Assembly: GCA_963754655.1 (NCBI GenBank)
Contig: CAVWGN010000001.1
Coordinates: forward strand, 992,001 to 1,056,000
Direction of reading: 5' to 3'
DNA: 64,000 bases
DNA from: an uncultured Chlamydiae bacterium
Lineage (GTDB): Bacteria > Chlamydiota > Chlamydiia > Chlamydiales > Parachlamydiaceae
Shown here: positions 61,355-64,000 of the stretch, piece after piece
How the letters are laid out: each line of letters opens with the position of its first letter
How positions within the stretch are numbered: position 1 is the first letter of the stretch
Made by a program: the position numbers and the translations under genes
The notes under the pieces: model-generated
The model's input: only the letters and a program-made list of their open reading frames with translations
The model's database searches: none
Told to the model about the DNA's origin: nothing

Positions 61355-62623
61355 TTAGTTTTGTAGTGGGTTGCATTCATTGAAACGCTGTGCTAATGCC
61401 TCTTGTTTGGCAACGAAATAGCTTGCTATTAGCCCCAAAATCATCCAATACCAACCCACACTGGTAATCCAATTTGTTTTTTGGAAAAGCCAGAGGGAAA
61501 CAGCTGCCATGGGTCCACCTAGCAGTTGTGTTCCGATGGCATAACCCAAGGAAATGACTGTATACCGATGAGAAGGGGGAACTAAGTTTTGAGACCAAGC
61601 ATGCAGGGGAGCAGAAAAACAGACTCCGATCATGACCAATAGAAATCGGATGAAAATAACGGTAAATAAGGAAGCTCCTTCTAACAACCAAAAAAGAGGA
61701 AGGCCGGATAACATTGCGAGGACGCCTGAAAGTGTCATCATTTTTTCTCTTGAGAATCGCTTTGCCAGCATTCCAAATAGAGGAAGCAATAGAAAATCTA
61801 GGCCGAGCAAAAAAGTATTAAGGTGCATCATTTCTGTTTTAGAAACTGCGGAAACAAGAGGGGCAAAGCCATTCATCATGACCAAAGACAAGCTATAGGA
61901 AGCATAAGAAAATCCGGAGGCAATAGCGATAGCAGCGAGCGCTTGCCGCCTATTCCAGCAAGATTGAAGAATAGACTTAAATGAACTTTCAGGGGATAAA
62001 TTGACAAGCAATGATTTTAAAGGCATTTTGATGCGAAGAAAAGCAACACATACGGCTGTCAAGCATCCTGCAAAATAGAGGCATCTCCAATAATCTTGAA
62101 CAAGATTGAGCGCGCAAAGCGCAGATACGCCTGCGGAAGCTAATAATACACCTGCAACTGTAGATGAGTTATACACACTACTGATCATATCTTTGTAAGA
62201 TTCCGGCGAATTTTCAATCAAATAAATCGCCCCTCCCATTATCTCTCCAGCTGCAAAGAAATTTTGAAAAACACGGCCGATTGAAAGCAAAATGGGAGCT
62301 AAAATTCCCGCTTGATGATAGGTAGGTAAAAATCCCATGCTACCAGTGACAATGGCCATGCCAGACAGAGAGATGACCAGAGCCTCTTTACGCCCACGTG
62401 TATCTCCAATATAGCCAAACACCAATGAACCTATAGGCCGAGCAATCATTCCTAAAGGAATGATGCAATAAGTCAAAATAAGAGCGGTCAGTGGATCTTG
62501 CTCTGGAAAGAATAAAGGAGCTAAAAAAGGAGAAAGAAGGCTAAATAAAGCAGCATCGTAATGCTCAAACAAATTGCCTAGCAGCATGCTCCATTTAGAT
62601 AGAGCGGAAACGCGAGAACTCAT
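61355..62623 (-). CDS. MFS transporter (ProP/MHS-like), candidate thiamine-related transporter
   Basis: GNLFEHYD, ARPIG, GDTRGRK; located under a TPP riboswitch. Confidence 0.85.
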   Translation of the reverse strand: MSSRVSALSKWSMLLGNLFEHYDAALFSLLSPFLAPLFFPEQDPLTALILTYCIIPLGMIARPIGSLVFGYIGDTRGRKEALVISLSGMAIVTGSMGFLPTYHQAGILAPILLSIGRVFQNFFAAGEIMGGAIYLIENSPESYKDMISSVYNSSTVAGVLLASAGVSALCALNLVQDYWRCLYFAGCLTAVCVAFLRIKMPLKSLLVNLSPESSFKSILQSCWNRRQALAAIAIASGFSYASYSLSLVMMNGFAPLVSAVSKTEMMHLNTFLLGLDFLLLPLFGMLAKRFSREKMMTLSGVLAMLSGLPLFWLLEGASLFTVIFIRFLLVMIGVCFSAPLHAWSQNLVPPSHRYTVISLGYAIGTQLLGGPMAAVSLWLFQKTNWITSVGWYWMILGLIASYFVAKQEALAQRFNECNPLQN

Positions 62624-62682
62624 GCCCCCTCCTAGTTAAAAAAATGCTTATTACCAGGAGTGATTAAAATATCGATAACTGG

Positions 62683-62784
62683 CACACTCCCTACGCTAGT
62701 ACGATCTAGATCAGGTCATGAGGGTTAAACAACATGTTTTTTCAGCCAACATCATAGATAAATTCTGTTGGCACCCCTGGTGAA
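62683..62784 (-). ncRNA. TPP riboswitch
   Basis: Minus strand ACCAGGGGTGC-P3-GCTGAAA...ACCC...ACCTGATCTAGATCGTACTAGCGTAGGGAG fits P1-P5 of the TPP aptamer. Confidence 0.88.
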
Positions 62785-62902
62785 TGCATGATTCTAGCAA
62801 AGATTAAGGTTTATATGCTAGTATAAATAAAAAAATTTCTAATCATTAAAAGAAGAATTAGCAATCTCAAAGCGGGAAAAAATTTTATAAGAGATAGGAA
62901 AT

Positions 62903-63535
62903 ATGTTTGGAAAATGGCTGCCTAAAGAGACACTTTTTTTTGACCTCTTCGAGCAACATGCGAAGATTACGCATCAAGCCGCTCAAACCTTTGAGCAATT
63001 TGTGCTATGCGATCATATTCTTCTTCAAGGGAATGTTAATCCCATAAAAGATTTTGAGCATCAAGCGGATAAAGTGGCTTATCGTTGCATTGACACTTTG
63101 CATAAAAGTTTTATTACTCCTTTGCAGCACAATGATATTTTTCGCCTTATTTCATCTATGGACGATGTGATGGATGGCATTGATGAAGTTTTCGAGGATT
63201 GCCTCATTTATCGAATTTCTTTCTTTACACCCGCTGCTAAAGAGATGAGTCATCTTCTTTTATTGGCAACAGAAAAGATTGAATGGATTGTGAGAGGTTT
63301 GCGCGATCGCAAAAAGCAAGCCCCACTTATGCGAGAGGCAATCCTTCACATCCATCAATTGGAGGATCAAACCGATCAAATTTTGCGCAAAGCTCTTGGA
63401 CAGCTTTTTGATGAAGAACAAAATCTGCGTCTTCTAATTAAATGGAAAGACATTTATGAGAAATTAGAAGGAACAATGGATTATTGTAATGTTGTTTCTA
63501 ATATTATTGAAGGCATTATAGTGGAGTATGATTAA
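62903..63535 (+). CDS. DUF47 / PhoU-like phosphate transport regulator
   Basis: EHQAD, SFITP, MDDVMD, LIKWKDIYEKLE; precedes PiT. Confidence 0.9.
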   Translation: MFGKWLPKETLFFDLFEQHAKITHQAAQTFEQFVLCDHILLQGNVNPIKDFEHQADKVAYRCIDTLHKSFITPLQHNDIFRLISSMDDVMDGIDEVFEDCLIYRISFFTPAAKEMSHLLLLATEKIEWIVRGLRDRKKQAPLMREAILHIHQLEDQTDQILRKALGQLFDEEQNLRLLIKWKDIYEKLEGTMDYCNVVSNIIEGIIVEYD

Positions 63536-63537
63536 AA

Positions 63538-64000
63538 ATGTCTATCACACTTGTCGTTCTCATTTTTTCCATTGGGCTGGTGATTATTTTTGATTTAGTC
63601 AATGGTTTTCACGATGCAGCCAATTCCATTGCAACTGTTGTTTCCACTCAGGTATTGCGACCTAGCACGGCTGTTTTATGGGCAGCTTTTTTTAATCTTA
63701 TTGCCATGTTTATTTTTCCCCCTAAAGTAGCAGATACTATCGCCAAAATAGTCAAAATTGGCTATTCAGATTTTCTTTATGTTTATGTCGTCCTATGCGG
63801 AGTCTTAAGCGCTTTAGGTTGGGGACTTTTGACATGGTGGTGGGGCTTGCCCATTAGCTCTTCACACGCTCTCATTGGCGGCATAGCGGGAGCTGGAATT
63901 GCCCATGCTGGATGGCAGGCATTAGAATGGGAGCTATTCCTTTTGACAATAGCCTTCATCGTCATTGCTCCTTTCATTGGTTTTGTATTGGGATCGGTTT
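63538..64000 (+). CDS. Inorganic phosphate transporter (PiT family), 3'-truncated by window edge
   Basis: ATG 63538; NGFHDAANSIATVVST and GLPISSSHALIGG. Confidence 0.92.
   Translation, partial: MSITLVVLIFSIGLVIIFDLVNGFHDAANSIATVVSTQVLRPSTAVLWAAFFNLIAMFIFPPKVADTIAKIVKIGYSDFLYVYVVLCGVLSALGWGLLTWWWGLPISSSHALIGGIAGAGIAHAGWQALEWELFLLTIAFIVIAPFIGFVLGSV

Overview
AT-rich bacterial chromosome segment whose gene content points to an environmental chlamydia (Parachlamydiaceae-like amoeba symbiont; inference). Ordinary genes include GH5 hydrolase, D-cysteine desulfhydrase/ACC deaminase family, pgm-glgP, zwf, type II map, prs operon, pepN, galE, PiT/DUF47 and several transporters. Effector-like genes are also present: six F-box-like/DUF4116-type 25-aa repeat genes (five in a tandem array, one of them a pseudogene), two tandem F-box-like/TPR genes, a eukaryote-like AN1 zinc finger and two divergent kinase-like paralogues. 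The main unexplained structure is non-coding. At least six families of palindromic MITE/REPIN-like elements (A-F) insert into one another's hairpins, with readable target duplications, paralogous empty sites and copy-specific mutations mirrored in both arms. The deepest nest (50.4-53.3 kb) also holds an IS481-family element. Regulatory candidates are a variant TPP riboswitch before an MFS transporter and two ~40-codon SD-led leader ORFs before amino-acid transporters. No rRNA, tRNA or CRISPR array was seen. All calls are by eye, without database searches.
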